Counted from the first letter of the stretch, positions 14,995-27,776 are shown. The stretch is 64,000 nucleotides of DNA from the human T2T-CHM13v2.0 reference genome, Homo sapiens (GCF_009914755.1 NC_060933.1), one strand, 5' to 3'. Numbers and translations: made by a program. Notes: generated by a model not told the origin, from the sequence alone.

Positions 14995-15661
14995 CTGGAA
15001 AAGGTCTCTCTTGCTCCTTCCCTTTTTCTTGGTTCATTCCATATCGTTGGTAACTGATATTTTGAGTGTTCTCAGTTCTCTGTGCAGATTTGGGTTTCCT
15101 TCTGGTATTTTTACCCTCCAGCCTTTCACTTCTCATAGTGTAAGGTTTAGTGGCGACAAATTATTTCATTTTTTTTGATTGCCTGAAATGTCATTATTTC
15201 ACCTTCCTTTCTGAAGGATATTTTCACTGAATATAGGATTCTAAGTTGACAGACTTTTTTCTTTTAGCATTTTAGAGGCATCATTCCATTGTCTTCTGGA
15301 TTGCATTATTTCTAATGAGAAGTCAGCAACTATTCTTATCTTGGTTTCTCTACGTAATATGTCTTCTTTCTTCGGCTGCTTTTAAGATTTTTCTCTTTAT
15401 CGCTGGTTCTCAGCAGTTTGATTATAATGTGCCTTGGTGTGGTTTTCTTTATATTTATCATGCTTAGCTTTCATTTGGCTTCCAAGATTGCTGGTTTGAT
15501 ATTTGAAATCAAATCTGGAATAGTTTTTCCCCTCCATCACCAAGACTACAATTACATATATGTTAGAACACTTGCTATGACTCCAAAGGCTCTAATCTCT
15601 TCATCCATTTTTTCTCTGTGCCTTGAATAGTTTCTGTTGTTCTGTCATAGAGTTCACTGAT

Positions 15662-16166
15662 TGTGGCAGATTCTGAAATGGCTCCCAATGATCCTACCTT
15701 CTGCTTTTCATGCCCTTGTGTAATGCCCTTGTCTTGTTTGTGGCCTGGACCTAGCGACTTGCTTCTAATGAATAATATAGCAGAAGCGTTGGGATGTCAC
15801 TTCTGTGAATAAGTTATAGAAGACTGTAACTTATTCCTTGCTAGCACTCTCTCACTCTTGCTTACTTTGATGAAGCCAGCTCCATCATGTAAGCTTCTCT
15901 TTGGAGAACTGAGGGTGTTCCCAAGGAAGTAAACTCTGCCAGCAACGACTCAGTGAGCTTGGAAGACCTTGTCTGAATGAAACCCTGAGATGACTGCAGT
16001 CCCAGCTGATGTCTTGATTGCAGCCTTTTGAGAGACCCCAAGCCAGAGGACTCAGTTAAGCTGTGGGATACCTGACCCACCAAACTGTAAGACAGTAAAT
16101 GTTACTGCTGTTTTAAGCCACTATGTTTTGGGGCAATTTGTTTTGTGGCAATAGATAAGTAATGCA
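15662..16166 (+). mobile_element. MLT1F-like solo LTR (ERVL-MaLR)
   Basis: TG...CA termini, end ttttaagccactatgttttggggcaatttgttttgtggcaatagataa, perfect 5-bp TSD ctgat (15657-15661 and 16167-16171). Confidence 0.88.
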
Positions 16167-16210
16167 CTGATCTTTTTTCATCATCATACTAATCTGCTCC
16201 CATTTAGTGA

Positions 16211-16514
<304 letters not shown>

Positions 16515-17441
16515 TAGTGAATTTTTTGATTCAGGTATTGTATTTCTCAGCTCTGGAATTTTCATTTGGTTCTTCTTAAGTTTTAATTTTTCTTCTTTTT
16601 GAGTTCTTCTTTTAAGTCCCTGAACATATTTATAATAGCTATTTTAAGGTACTTCTCTGTGAATTCTATCACCTCTGACTCTTCTGGTTCTATTTTATTG
16701 ATTGATTGTTTCCTTGGTTATGAGACACATGTTCCTGCTTCTTTGCATGTCTAGTAATTTTTAAGCGAATGCTGGACACTATCAATATTACACTGTAGGT
16801 GTCTGCATTGTGCTGTCCTTTACAGAGTATTGGGCTTTGTTCTGGTAGAAGCTAATTTACTTGTGGATCAGTTTGATCCTTTCAAGATTCCTTTTAAGGT
16901 TTTTGCAAGGATTAGAGCAGTCTTTAGTCTATGGCTAATTTAGTCCTATTTCTAAGATATGGCCTTCCTGGAATCACTACTAAATGCCCTGGATGCTCCA
17001 CTCTGGTTAGCCAGAACTCTAGTTTATAGCTCCCCAGTAGTTGCTTGCCCAGCCTTGTAAGGTCCCACTGCAGGCATGCATAGTTTAGTATACAGTGAAA
17101 GATTCAAGGGGCTCTTTCTAGAGCTCTTTCTCCCTTCCATACTCTATTCTGCAAATTTCCGTTGCTTTAGCCTCCTCCATCTCTTATCTCTGTCTTCCAG
17201 CTCAGTGAGACTGCCATACTTTCCTTGGGTTCTCTCTTCCTGCGAAAATCTGGAGAAAAGCTGAGGTGATCATCAGTCTCACCTCTTTTGTTACCTTTCT
17301 CTCAGGGATCACAGTCCTGAACTGCATATTTTCTAATGTCCAAAAGTGGTTTTTATATTTTGTTCAGTTTTCTCATCACTTACGATAGAAAGGCTAATCT
17401 GGTCGAAGTTACCATGTGTTGGAAGTTGCATATGGAGTCTT

Positions 17442-19544
17442 TTTTTTTTTTTTTTTAATTGATCATTCTTGGGTGTTTCTCGCAGAGTGGGATTTGGCAG
17501 GGTCATATGACAATAGTGGAGGGAAGGTCAGCAGATTAATAAGTGAACAAAGGTCTCTGGTTTTCCTAGGCAGAGGACCCTGCGGCCCTCTGCAGTGTTT
17601 GTGTCCCTGGGTACTTGAGATTAGGGAGTGGTGATGACTCTTAACGAGCATGCTGCCTTCAAGCATCTGTTTAACAAAGCACATCTTGCACCGCCCTTAA
17701 TCCATTTAACCCTGAGTGGACACAGCACATGTTTCAGAGAGCACAGGGTTGGGGGCAAGGTCACAGATCAACAGGATCCCAAGGCAGAAGAATCTTTCTT
17801 AGTACAGAACAAAATGAAAAGTCTCCCATGTCTACTTCCTTCTACACAGACAGGGCAACCATCCGATTTCTCAATCTTTTCCCCACCCCTCCCCCCTTTC
17901 TATTCCACAAAACCGCCATCGTCATCCTGGCCTGTTCTCAATGAGCTGTTGGGTACACCTCCCAGATGGTGTGGTGGCTGGGCAGAGGGGCTCTTCACAT
18001 CCCAGAAGGGGCGGCCGGGCAGAGGCGCCCCTCACCTCCCGGACGGGGCGGCTGGCCGGGTGGGGGGCTGACCCCCCCCACCTCCCTCCCGGACGGGGCC
18101 GCTGGCCGGGCGGGGTGCTGACCCCCCCACCTCCCTCCCGGACGGGGCAGCTGGCCGGGCGGGGGGCTGACCCCCCCACCTCCCTCCCAGATGGGGCGGC
18201 TGGCCGGGCAGAGGGGCTCCTCACTTCCCAGTAGGGGCGGCCGGGCAGAGGCGCCCCTCACCTCCCGGACGGGGCGGCTGGCCGGGCGGGGGGCTGACCC
18301 CCCCACCTCCCTCCCGGACGGGGTGGCTGGCCGGGCGGGGTGCTGACCCCCCCACCTCCCTCCCGGACGGGGTGGCTGGCCAGGCGGGGGGCTGACGCCC
18401 CCACCTCCCTCCCGGATGGGGCGGCTGGCCTGGCGGGGGACTGACCCCCCCACCTCCCTCCCGGACGGGGCGGCTGGCCGGGCAGAGGGGCTCCTCACTT
18501 CCCAGTAGGGGCGGCCGGGCAGAGGCGCCCCTCACCTCCCGGACGGGGCGGCTGGCCGGGCGGGGGGCTGACCCCCCCACCTCCCTCCCGGACGGGGTGG
18601 CTGCCGGGCGGAGACGCTCCTCACTTCCCAGACGGGGTGGCTGCCGGGCGGAGGGGCTCCTCACTTCTCAGACGGGGCGGCTGCCGGGCGGAGGGGCTCC
18701 TCACTTCTCAGACGGGGCGGTTGCCAGGCAGAGGGTCTCCTCACTTCTCAGAAGGGGCGGCCGGGCAGAGACGCTCTTCACCTCCCAGACGGGGTCGCGG
18801 CCGGGCAGAGGCGCTCCTCACATCCCAGACGGGGCGGCGGGGCAGAGGCGCTCCCCACATCTCAGACGATGGGCGGCGGGGCAGAGAGGCTCCTCACTTC
18901 CTAGATGTGATGGCGGCCGGGAAGAGGCGCTCCTCACTTCCTAGATCGGATGGCGGCCGGGCAGAGATGCTCCTCACTTTCCAGACTGGGCAGCCAGGCA
19001 GAGGGGCTCCTCACATCCCAGACGATGGGCGGCCAGGCAGAGACGCTCCTCACTTCCCAGACGGGGTGGCGGCCGGGCAGAGGCTGCAATCTCGGCACTT
19101 TGGGAGGCCAAGGCAGGCGGCTGGGAGGTGGAGGTTGTAGCGAGCCGAGATCACGCCACTGCACTCCAGCCTGGGCACCATTGAGCACTGAGTGAACGAG
19201 ACTCCATCTGCAATCCCGGCACCTCAGGAGGCCGAGGCTGGCGGATCACTCGCGGTTAGGAGCTGGAGACCAGCCCGGCCAACTCAGCGAAACCCCGTCT
19301 CCACGAAAAAAATACGAAAGCCAGTCAGGCGTGGCGGCACGCGCCTGCAATCGCAGGCACTCGGCAGGCTGAGGCAGGAGAATCAGGCAGGGAGGTTGCA
19401 GTGAGCCGAGATGGCAGCAGTACAGTCCAGCTTCGGCTCGGCATCAGAGGGAGACCGTGGAAAGAGAGGGAGAGGGAGACCGTGGAAAGAGAGGGAGAGG
19501 GAGACCGTGGGGAGAGGGAGAGGGAGAGGGAGAGGGAGAGGGAC
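17442..19544 (-). mobile_element. Full-length SVA retrotransposon (SVA_D-like), sense to MAPKAP1
   Basis: (CCCTCT)n at 19511-19543, Alu-like domain ~19080-19450, GC-rich VNTR ~17990-19080, SINE-R ~17457-17950, poly(A); 14-bp TSD gcatatggagtctt at 17428-17441 and 19545-19558. Confidence 0.97.
17990..19080 (-). repeat. SVA VNTR (GC/CpG-rich ~35-50 bp units)
   Basis: Repeated cacctccctcccggacggggcggctggccgggcggggggctgacccc and ctcctcacttcccagacgggg units. Confidence 0.95.
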
Positions 19545-22500
19545 GCATATGGAGTCTTATAAGCAATACACACTTTGATTTTAATGAAACTATGGCTTAC
19601 TTTTTCCATGTCTAAGAGAGTAACTTAAAATCTAAGCTCTCCATTTATTTATTATGAAAACACAATTTGGAGCTTGGCAGGAGGCAAGGGAAAACAGATT
19701 ATCCCCCATCATTTATCCAGCTGAGAAATCTTTCACACAGAATTTTTCAGTAGGGAACAGCCCCTGCCCTTACCCTCTTCTCAATTAGGATCTCTTCTGA
19801 TATTAAAATCAAGAAAGAATGAATTTGAGAAAATGGTAATCAAAATCTAGGAAAACGCAAATGTATAGAAATTTTTCATTTTACCTAGGCAATTGTTTTG
19901 TTACAATGGGTCCATAAAGCCCAAGTCAACAATTAAGTGAAAACTTAATAGCAAAAAGGAGGCTTCTCCCAGGAGAAAAAAAAAAAAGTTGATACCCTCA
20001 AAATGTTTTCTACTCTAACAAATATCAATATTCCAATCAACACAAATTTTCTTTCTTGTTTATTAATACGTCCGAGGGAAAAATGAAGAAAATTTACAGA
20101 AAATGTAAGAAAACTCACTATCTCAGCACCAGCCAATTTTCCTCGTAGACATTCTTACACGTTCTGTAAACATACACATAACGTCCCCTATGAGCAACTC
20201 TAGTGCCTGATGACGAATATGGGAGGTGTGCTCTTCTTACCAACTATCTGGGGGTCAGAGGAGAATCTTCTGACTCCGAAATTCAGAGTGTTGATCCTTC
20301 TAGGGCCCACTGTATCAAAACACCTTTTTTATAGGAACTACAGAGACAAGCACATTGGTACCATCTATCATACACTGAGGGTCAATAGCAATAGTTTAAG
20401 AGTAAGATGTTAGGTTTCCCTTGTCACTACAACTGTGAGAAGTTCTCCACTGTGCTCCCATACCCCTTTTTGAAGAGCCACACTTGCTCTTGGCTGATTC
20501 CAAATTCCAGAGGCACTTTTAAATCTCATTGTGCCTAGGCAGAATTAGAAAAAGTCATCAAGCACTGGTGATGACTGGACAGAAGCTGCTGGATTTCTGG
20601 AGGAAGCAGGGAGTGTAAATAAATAGGCATGCCTAAAGCACAAGTCAGATGTCAGCTCATGATGACCAGGTCAGTCAATGGGACACACGTTGGCCTGGCT
20701 GAGTTCTCAGGGACCTGGCCAATGCTATCCAACTCTGCCAAACTGTTCCCTGAAAGCACAGTGATTTGCCTGTTTAACAGCAGATTGTGGCTTGAGGTTA
20801 CTGGAAACCAAACTGGGTCAGAGAACCTAAGAAGACAGTTCAACATTAGATGACGCAAGCTGGCCGTCTGCTTACGGTTTTTCTCCACCTTTATCCTGTG
20901 GTGCACTCCAAGTCTTTCCCTCCCACACGCTTGGAAAAATTGTGGTGGTCCCTCTGGTTGCCTAAACCCATCTCCCCGGCACTCCCTTGTTTTGGAAGGA
21001 GATGAGAAATAAATCAAAATGCACTAAGCAGCACTTCCACAGGCATTCGCCTCCTTCACTGAATGTGCACCTCATCAATCACACTATTGTCTGCTTGAAA
21101 GGCGAGCCTTGTAAATGTCATATCCACTCAGGCCCAAGGAGAGGTGCATCCAAATGCAGCAAGGAGTTTTAATTGGATAGTGTAATTAAACTAAAAAACC
21201 CCAGCAGACTTCCTTTGACAGGATAGATGAAGACCCCTTTTAATAGGGCTAGGAAACATATCTGTTAAAAGGATGAGGCACTGCCTGCTCCTGATTGTGC
21301 TCCAGAGTACTCTTATGAAAAGGCAATTCAATAACTGGGGCATTAATATGTGAGAGTCCGTTGTGTTCTGTAATCAGGCAGTACTTACTGTATTTGATCT
21401 GGAACTTATGAAATAAGCCCTTGTTAGAGAATAAAAACACAACATAACGTGTCCACCTAACGTCTGGAGTGCCTGGATCTCCCGGGAGTGGACAGAGCCT
21501 GAGGAAGGGCTGTTGCCTTCCTGGGCTGCAGCTCCAGTTATACTGGAGTATAACTGCAGGTGCCTCACCTACTGGGCCCTCAGTGCACCAGCAGGGCTGT
21601 AGATATCCACCTGTCTACCTTGGGGCTGTAGCTCTTTCATCCAAAGGTAACTAAAGTCATCCTCATTCCTCTTTCACACATTTCATGAGAGCATCTCAAG
21701 AATATGACAAAATTCCTGGGTATCTCCTCCCTTAGGAACTAGAATGCCTATCACATGAGAAAGAGAGAGAGCGCATGAGCAAGCAAGAGCGCACATGCGT
21801 GTGTTCTCTGCTAGAACTACCCATGTCAAATAGGGAGAAAGAAATCAGGTGGCGAGGATCCGACGGATAAGCTGGGGTGTGCCCAGGGTGATTTCAGTAA
21901 CAAGCATGAATCCTTCAGCCACAGTCTCCCTGCTCTCCTTTGTTGGGGGTGGGCTGGGGGTGAGGAATGCACATACTGGCACATTCAGCCACACATATAC
22001 ATGTGAGGCCTGCAGCTCTACAAACAAGTAACAAAATCAGTGAGAACATATGAAGAAGTTTGTATCTTCACAAGGCTGTCTTACAAGTGGCCCATGACAA
22101 TCCCCTGCAGCTGGAATGCCAGTTTAGGGAACCCAGCATCTGGGTGGATTAAGACAGCCTCTGAACTGGGGCTAAGGTGGGATGCAGAGGTGAGATTTCA
22201 GACCAGCCCATCTATAGCTTTCCAAAAACCAGCTTTGCTTTGTTTACATAAACCCTGAAGTCAGTTTCCCTGAGCCCTCAGGGTTTGTTTAATGACTGAC
22301 TGCTTTTACTCTTCATAAAGCCTGTTTGGAGCTATTTGCAAACCTATGAACATTCTTAATACTGGTCTTTCACTATGGGTTAATGAACCCATTAAAAACA
22401 TGTAAGTGAATTTGTATAATCTAGGAAAACTGGATACTGAATTAAACCATCAAATACCCTTAGTTTAACTGAAAACTACACACAAGCATTTCAGCCATCA

Positions 22501-22943
22501 ATTTGGCTATCACTTCTAGCCAGTATGAATTCTGCTGGAAAAGCTATTTTTGTACAGATGTGGAATTCAATGGGAAAGACTGACTCGTGTACCAACATCA
22601 ATCAAAATGTCGACTTCCCTGGCAGCTCTCAACAGTAAGGCAGGTTCAAAGGTCACAGGATAAAGAAAAAGCCAAGCTCTGGTTCAGCTCTAATATCTCC
22701 TCGGTAGAAGTCTTGCAAAAGTACCCCCTTCTGTATTAGCCTTGCTTTCATTAATCTTCTTGCCATCTTCTTTAACTAGTCATGCAGAACCGCTCGATAG
22801 CAAGACGTATAATGGGGAAGGCCCTGTGCCTATTACCGCGTTAACATTCTCTTAAGCCCCAGTGCAACAATGGAACGGGAAGGCAAAGGAAATCTGCGAC
22901 TGCAGGGTGCAGTGCAGGCAATTCAATTACAGCCTGGACTTAC

Positions 22944-22958
22944 CTATGTCCTTCTGAC
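22944..22958 (-). other. Candidate 15-nt in-frame microexon (would insert QKDIG)
   Basis: tcttgtgttttatag|GTCAGAAGGACATAG|gtaagt; frame-preserving and stop-free in the phase-1 intron; sequence evidence only. Confidence 0.4.
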
Positions 22959-23750
22959 CTATAAAACACAAGAGGCCTTTGTGTCTAACTGGCTTGGCCA
23001 TTAAGGTTGCTGAAGATCACAACAATGCTGATCTTTTCTATTTAAGCTAAATCAATGTGGACAAATCATTATTCAGTAGCTTTAATTTAATTAGTAAATT
23101 AAATACACTACTTTACAGATCTTGTCAAGTACTTATGAAAAGAAAGATTCACTTAAGTGGTAGGTCACCAATAAGCCCAGCTCATTTAACTCATAGCCTT
23201 AACTGAATCTCATTTCAAATATCCAGCAAGTTCTAGTCACTAGGGTTTACCAGTCTCCTGCAGTTGTGCTTAACTCTTAACCCCAAAGAGTTCCTATCTT
23301 GCATCCAAATGGTGTTCTGGACAAAAAGCAAAACAAAACAAGAAATCCCCTAACATAACCAGCATGAACAGAATCAGATTTCCTTTGAATTATACTATTG
23401 CAAGAGAATGTAATCAGGTTACCTCTATTATGTTGCTTCCTTAAGATTTTATATGATCTATGCTTAATTGAGATACAGCGCTCTTTTCAGCTATAAAGAT
23501 GACAGCTACTTTATTAAGGTTTAAATCTGATTTCTTAATGATAGGCTGCTTCCTTTAAAGACTCTAAACCTGCACAACCTTCTTATGATGAAACCAGATC
23601 TGGCATGGCTGAGTCTGGTTCTGAAATACAGCCTGAGTGTCTCTGATGGGTACCAGCTTCACAGAAAGGTCCCTTGCTTTTGTTTCAGGGTAGGAATGTG
23701 AGGCCAGCACTTAAAAAGAGAGCCACAGCATTCAAAGCCTGTGTCTAGAA

Positions 23751-23864
23751 CTGGACATGGTGGCGCATGCCTGTAGTCCCAGCTATTTGGTGGGTTGAGG
23801 TGGGAGGATCACTTGAGCCCAGGAGTTTGAGCCCAGCCTGGGCAACAGAGTGAGACCCTGTCTC

Positions 23865-23900
<36 letters not shown>
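23751..23900 (+). mobile_element. FLAM_A-like Alu monomer with 29-nt poly(A)
   Basis: Monomer; degenerate TSD aaagcctgtgtctaga / aaagacctgtatctaga. Confidence 0.85.
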
Positions 23901-23902
<2 letters not shown>

Positions 23903-25289
23903 CCTGTATCTAGAGGTATATAAGGATGGAAAATTATTTCCCTAAGAAAATTTAAACATGGTAGTTTCTGATACGGAAACATTCTCCTCTTGTATGTGTT
24001 GAATACATCCTTGACCAGTTATAATAAATTAAAATCAATTCACCTTTTAGGGGCTTATGACGTCTTTCAAAATAGCAAAATCTGACAGAGGGAATCACTC
24101 ATTTGAATAATAATGGCAGCATGTTTTTTTTCTCCTTAAATCTAGAAAGACAGGATTTAATTCTTAATTTCTCAAGGCTTGTGATACACAGATTCTCAAA
24201 TAACTCTTTTAAGAATTCATATTTATATGTACAATTTTTTAGGCATGTATCTATTTAGCCATTAAGTTCAAGTCCTTAAACACTCACAGGGACAGAGCAA
24301 TAAATCTTCCCTCTGAGACCCCAGCCTAAGAGGGAGAAGTCGAGGGGAATGGAAAGAGAGCCACAGAACTGTTGTTTACGAAGCACGGCTTCTGAGCCTG
24401 GGTCTCTCCGGTCCCGCAGTATGTGTAATTATGTATTTCCCTGCAGCCGCTCAAATGCTCAGTCTCTTTGCCAAGTCAGCTATTCACACACTTTTTGGAT
24501 ATGGCATCAATTAAACTTGAGTTCTATGCCTTATGACGACCAAATTAATGGTTTGACAGCGGCTTTCTCAATAAACACTGCAAACTGGCCACAGTCGAAG
24601 GTTTAAAAACCATTTCTTTTCTGTTCAAAATTCTGACAAACATGTCTCAACTAAGACTGGGGACAACTTCATTATCCTCCCTACACTTAATGTCTTTTTG
24701 TAAAGAAAGCTGTTTAATAACATGTCTGCTCTGTTTTCACAACTAAATTATTCCAGTTGGTCACACGTTCCGGTCTTCGGCAAGACACTTGTGCTACCAG
24801 AGATAAAAACATGAAAAAGGAAATATATTGCAGAAATCAAAAACCTTATCTACTTCTAGACTCTCTCTCTTTGCCATAATTCATTCAAGAAGGCCCCAAG
24901 AACAATTTTTGATGTAAACTCAGCTACAAACATACATCACTATGCTGATAAAAATCACAGGCTAAACTTATGAAATATAGTGACTTTCATTTCTTTAGTG
25001 ATGTTAAAATAACTTTTTTCTAAGGTTCAACAGACACAAAAGATAAAAAGGGTTACCATTAATCCTTTAAATAATAAAGAAACAGAAGACGCCCCACAGA
25101 TTAATTCTATGGTCTGAGGATGAACTTGCTAGATTGAGTCACTGAATTAATTTGATGAAGATACTGGAAATCATAAAACACATAACATCAAGCCGATTCA
25201 TTTAATACATCTTTGGGCACTTTACAACATAAATTATGTGGAATAACTTTTGGATTCTAAATTCTGGCTTCAGTAAGTTCAGTTTTCAG

Positions 25290-25700
25290 TTAACAAACAT
25301 TCAGTGAGGACAACTCTGCAGGCTCCGTGCTAGGGAGTGAGGACACGGAAGCCAGTTCTTGGGTCAGTTAGTTCACTATGGAGATGGAGGTGGGAGAGAC
25401 GGGTGGGCCTCCAATGGATAAATACAGCACAAAGGGGTATTCCTAGAGGCATGTGCAAACTCCTGGGGGGCAAAGTGAACAGAGAGAGCCTGACACTGGA
25501 GCTGGGTCTTGAAAAATGAGCAGGCTGAGTACGGGGAGGTGGAAATGTTTGTAAGTTAGAGAGGGGGTCAGGTTCGAAAGGCATATTCCAGGCAGTGGGA
25601 ACAGCACAGAATGCATCGTGTGCAAGTAGTTACAGTGACCACAGCCCAAATGTGAGATGGGAAACTATGGGCTATGAGGCTAGCGTGTCAGCTGCTTGCC
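25290..25700 (-). mobile_element. L2 3' fragment
   Basis: taacaaacattcagtgaggac...ggcatattccaggcagtgggaacagca. Confidence 0.6.
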
Positions 25701-25764
25701 AATGTCTGCAAAGGCTATGCTGGTCTGCATTTTATTCTGTAAGCCTATTTCAAATTTTTCTTCT

Positions 25765-25885
25765 GGCTGAGAGTGGTGGCTCACGTCTGTAATCCTAGTA
25801 CTTTGGGGGACTGAGGCAGGAGGATAGCCTGAGGCCAGGAACTCAAGAACAGCCTGGGCAACATAGCAAGACTTTGTGTCTACAA
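25765..25885 (+). mobile_element. FLAM_C-like Alu monomer
   Basis: ggctgagagtggtggctcacgtctgtaatcc...gcctgggcaacatagcaagac. Confidence 0.85.
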
Positions 25886-26679
25886 CTAAGTAGAGTTCCT
25901 TTGGTTCAAGGGGAGGCCTTATGCCCAACCTTCCCCCACCACCCACCCCGTACCCCTGAGGTCTCTCTGAGATGCTAGAGTTCTGAGGAACACGGTTTAA
26001 AAAGCACTGCCATAGGGGACAGGGACTTAGGCAGTGTTTTACTGGTGCAGTGAGCCTCTTTGTTAAGGAAAAAACCTGAATCCTGCATCTATTTCTTTCT
26101 CTAACCTTTCCACTCTAGCTTATCCCTTTATGCAACACAGAAGTGATTGCCTTTCATTTCTCAGAGACATGGAGAATTTATAAAATGTTACTGTTCAAAG
26201 CATCCTAAGTTCTTGGAGAGAAAGATGCTAGAACAATGACATCTTTATTGGCCGACAAGCTGAAGTGAGCGGGATTAGGAAGATGTTTATCCAAAGGCAG
26301 AGGGAATCCAGCAACCTTGAGGCAAGGCCCCCCAGCAGCAGGCACTTTTCTCACAGCCTTTTGCAGGGTCGGAGGCCTCGCTGGGATGACAGGAATGGCA
26401 GGAAGGGAGTGGGGTGGCCTTCCTCCTTCCCCTGGGTCCCCCTAAGTTCTCCCTTTTTGCCAAGCTGTAGGCGAATGAGCTGAACACATAGTCCAGCAGA
26501 GTTTGACAAAAAATTAAACACCCACCCATAAATGAAGCAATGTGGCATGTGCCCAGTCTATCAGCCCCCGTCAGCCCCTGTTTAGTCAGCGTTATCTCAA
26601 AAACTTGAATCGTATTACAAACACTCGCTGGCCTTTACATTTCTTATTGTTCCTTTTGAGTAAGTAATTCCTTATAACA

Positions 26680-26846
26680 TCTGTTCTCAAATTTAGTGAA
26701 TGTTGGACACGGGATTAATAAAAATTAGATGCTCAGTCTATACTCCCAAGTTACTGAATCACAATCTACTAGGGTGGGCCCTCGGTAACTGCATTTAACA
26801 GGCTTTGCAGATAATGCTTGTCTGTACCAGACTTTGAGAACCATTA
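26680..26846. mobile_element. MER5-family hAT element
   Basis: gttctcaaa...tactgaatcacaatct...tttgagaacca inverted termini. Confidence 0.65.
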
Positions 26847-27638
26847 TCTTATAGCAGTCTCTAGGCAACTAACAAACTCTTATATAGTTTAAATTTTTTT
26901 CTTTCACAGAGGAATTTCAGTGTGATCTATGTGCCCTTTTTGCCCCTTGATAGGACTGGAGTCCTAAAAATGATTAAGTGATTAATCTAAATGCTACACC
27001 CAATTACTTAACTGCAAAAGTATAATATGCCAAAATACATAACTGGACTGTATCTACTTTGATAATTTAAGCGGAGGAATGCCAACCCAGCAGAGATCTC
27101 TTCTGTAGGACCAGGCAAGAGTTTAATCATGAGCTGGTAGGTCATGCAGCTGCCAATAATCTAGGGGGTGCTGACACTTCCGGCATGATGGATATATCTA
27201 AATCTAGGCGTTCGCCGCCTTGGGAAATCCCCAGCTTCCCTCCATCTCACAGGGAAGGAAGGCAGGTCCAGGTCTGACTGGTCAAGTCCCCCAAATGGGA
27301 AGGGGAAGGGAGCCCAAAGGGAAATGAGGGCTCTGGTGAGTGCAAATTCCCAGCAGAAATCTGGCCCTGTGCCCCCAGCTCCCGGGGCTGGGCTGCTGAG
27401 GTCAGGAGGTGGGCTGCGAAGTTCTCTGCAGCCATCAAGACCGAACAGGATGGGGCACATGTCAGGCTCTGGGCACCATAATACAATCCCGTTTGATTAA
27501 AAGAAATTTCTGGTAATGAATTAAAACAGACCCAAGGAAAAAAGGACACAGTGGCAATATATTCTCCTGGCACCCAGCACACAGAAGAGAAGAGAGGGGA
27601 AAGAGAGAAAGGAGACATAAATAAAAGGGACTACTCAC

Positions 27639-27776
27639 TGGGGCTTTTCTCTTCAGCAAGGTCACAGGCACAGAGCAGGTCGGAATCGATTGAGATGGGT
27701 TTCTGCTTAATCCAAAACTTAGTGCTGGCTTTCTGATTCGTAACAGGGTCTATCTCTACTTTGTCTCCAGAGATAC
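27639..27776 (-). CDS. MAPKAP1: MAPKAP1 coding exon (canonical exon 10, 138 nt, phase 1-1): (G)[45 protein letters not shown](S)
   Basis: Acceptor ttggcttacag|GTATCT, donor CCCA|gtgagt; in frame with both neighbouring exons; PH domain including K428. Confidence 0.97.

Noticed and set aside
17990-19400. CpG-island-like region suggesting an internal promoter
   Set aside because: CpG density is fully explained by the SVA; no independent promoter evidence
17416-19609. Many overlapping 60-170 aa ORFs on both strands
   Set aside because: All lie in the SVA SINE-R/VNTR/Alu-like domains; GC-rich repeats lack stop codons by composition
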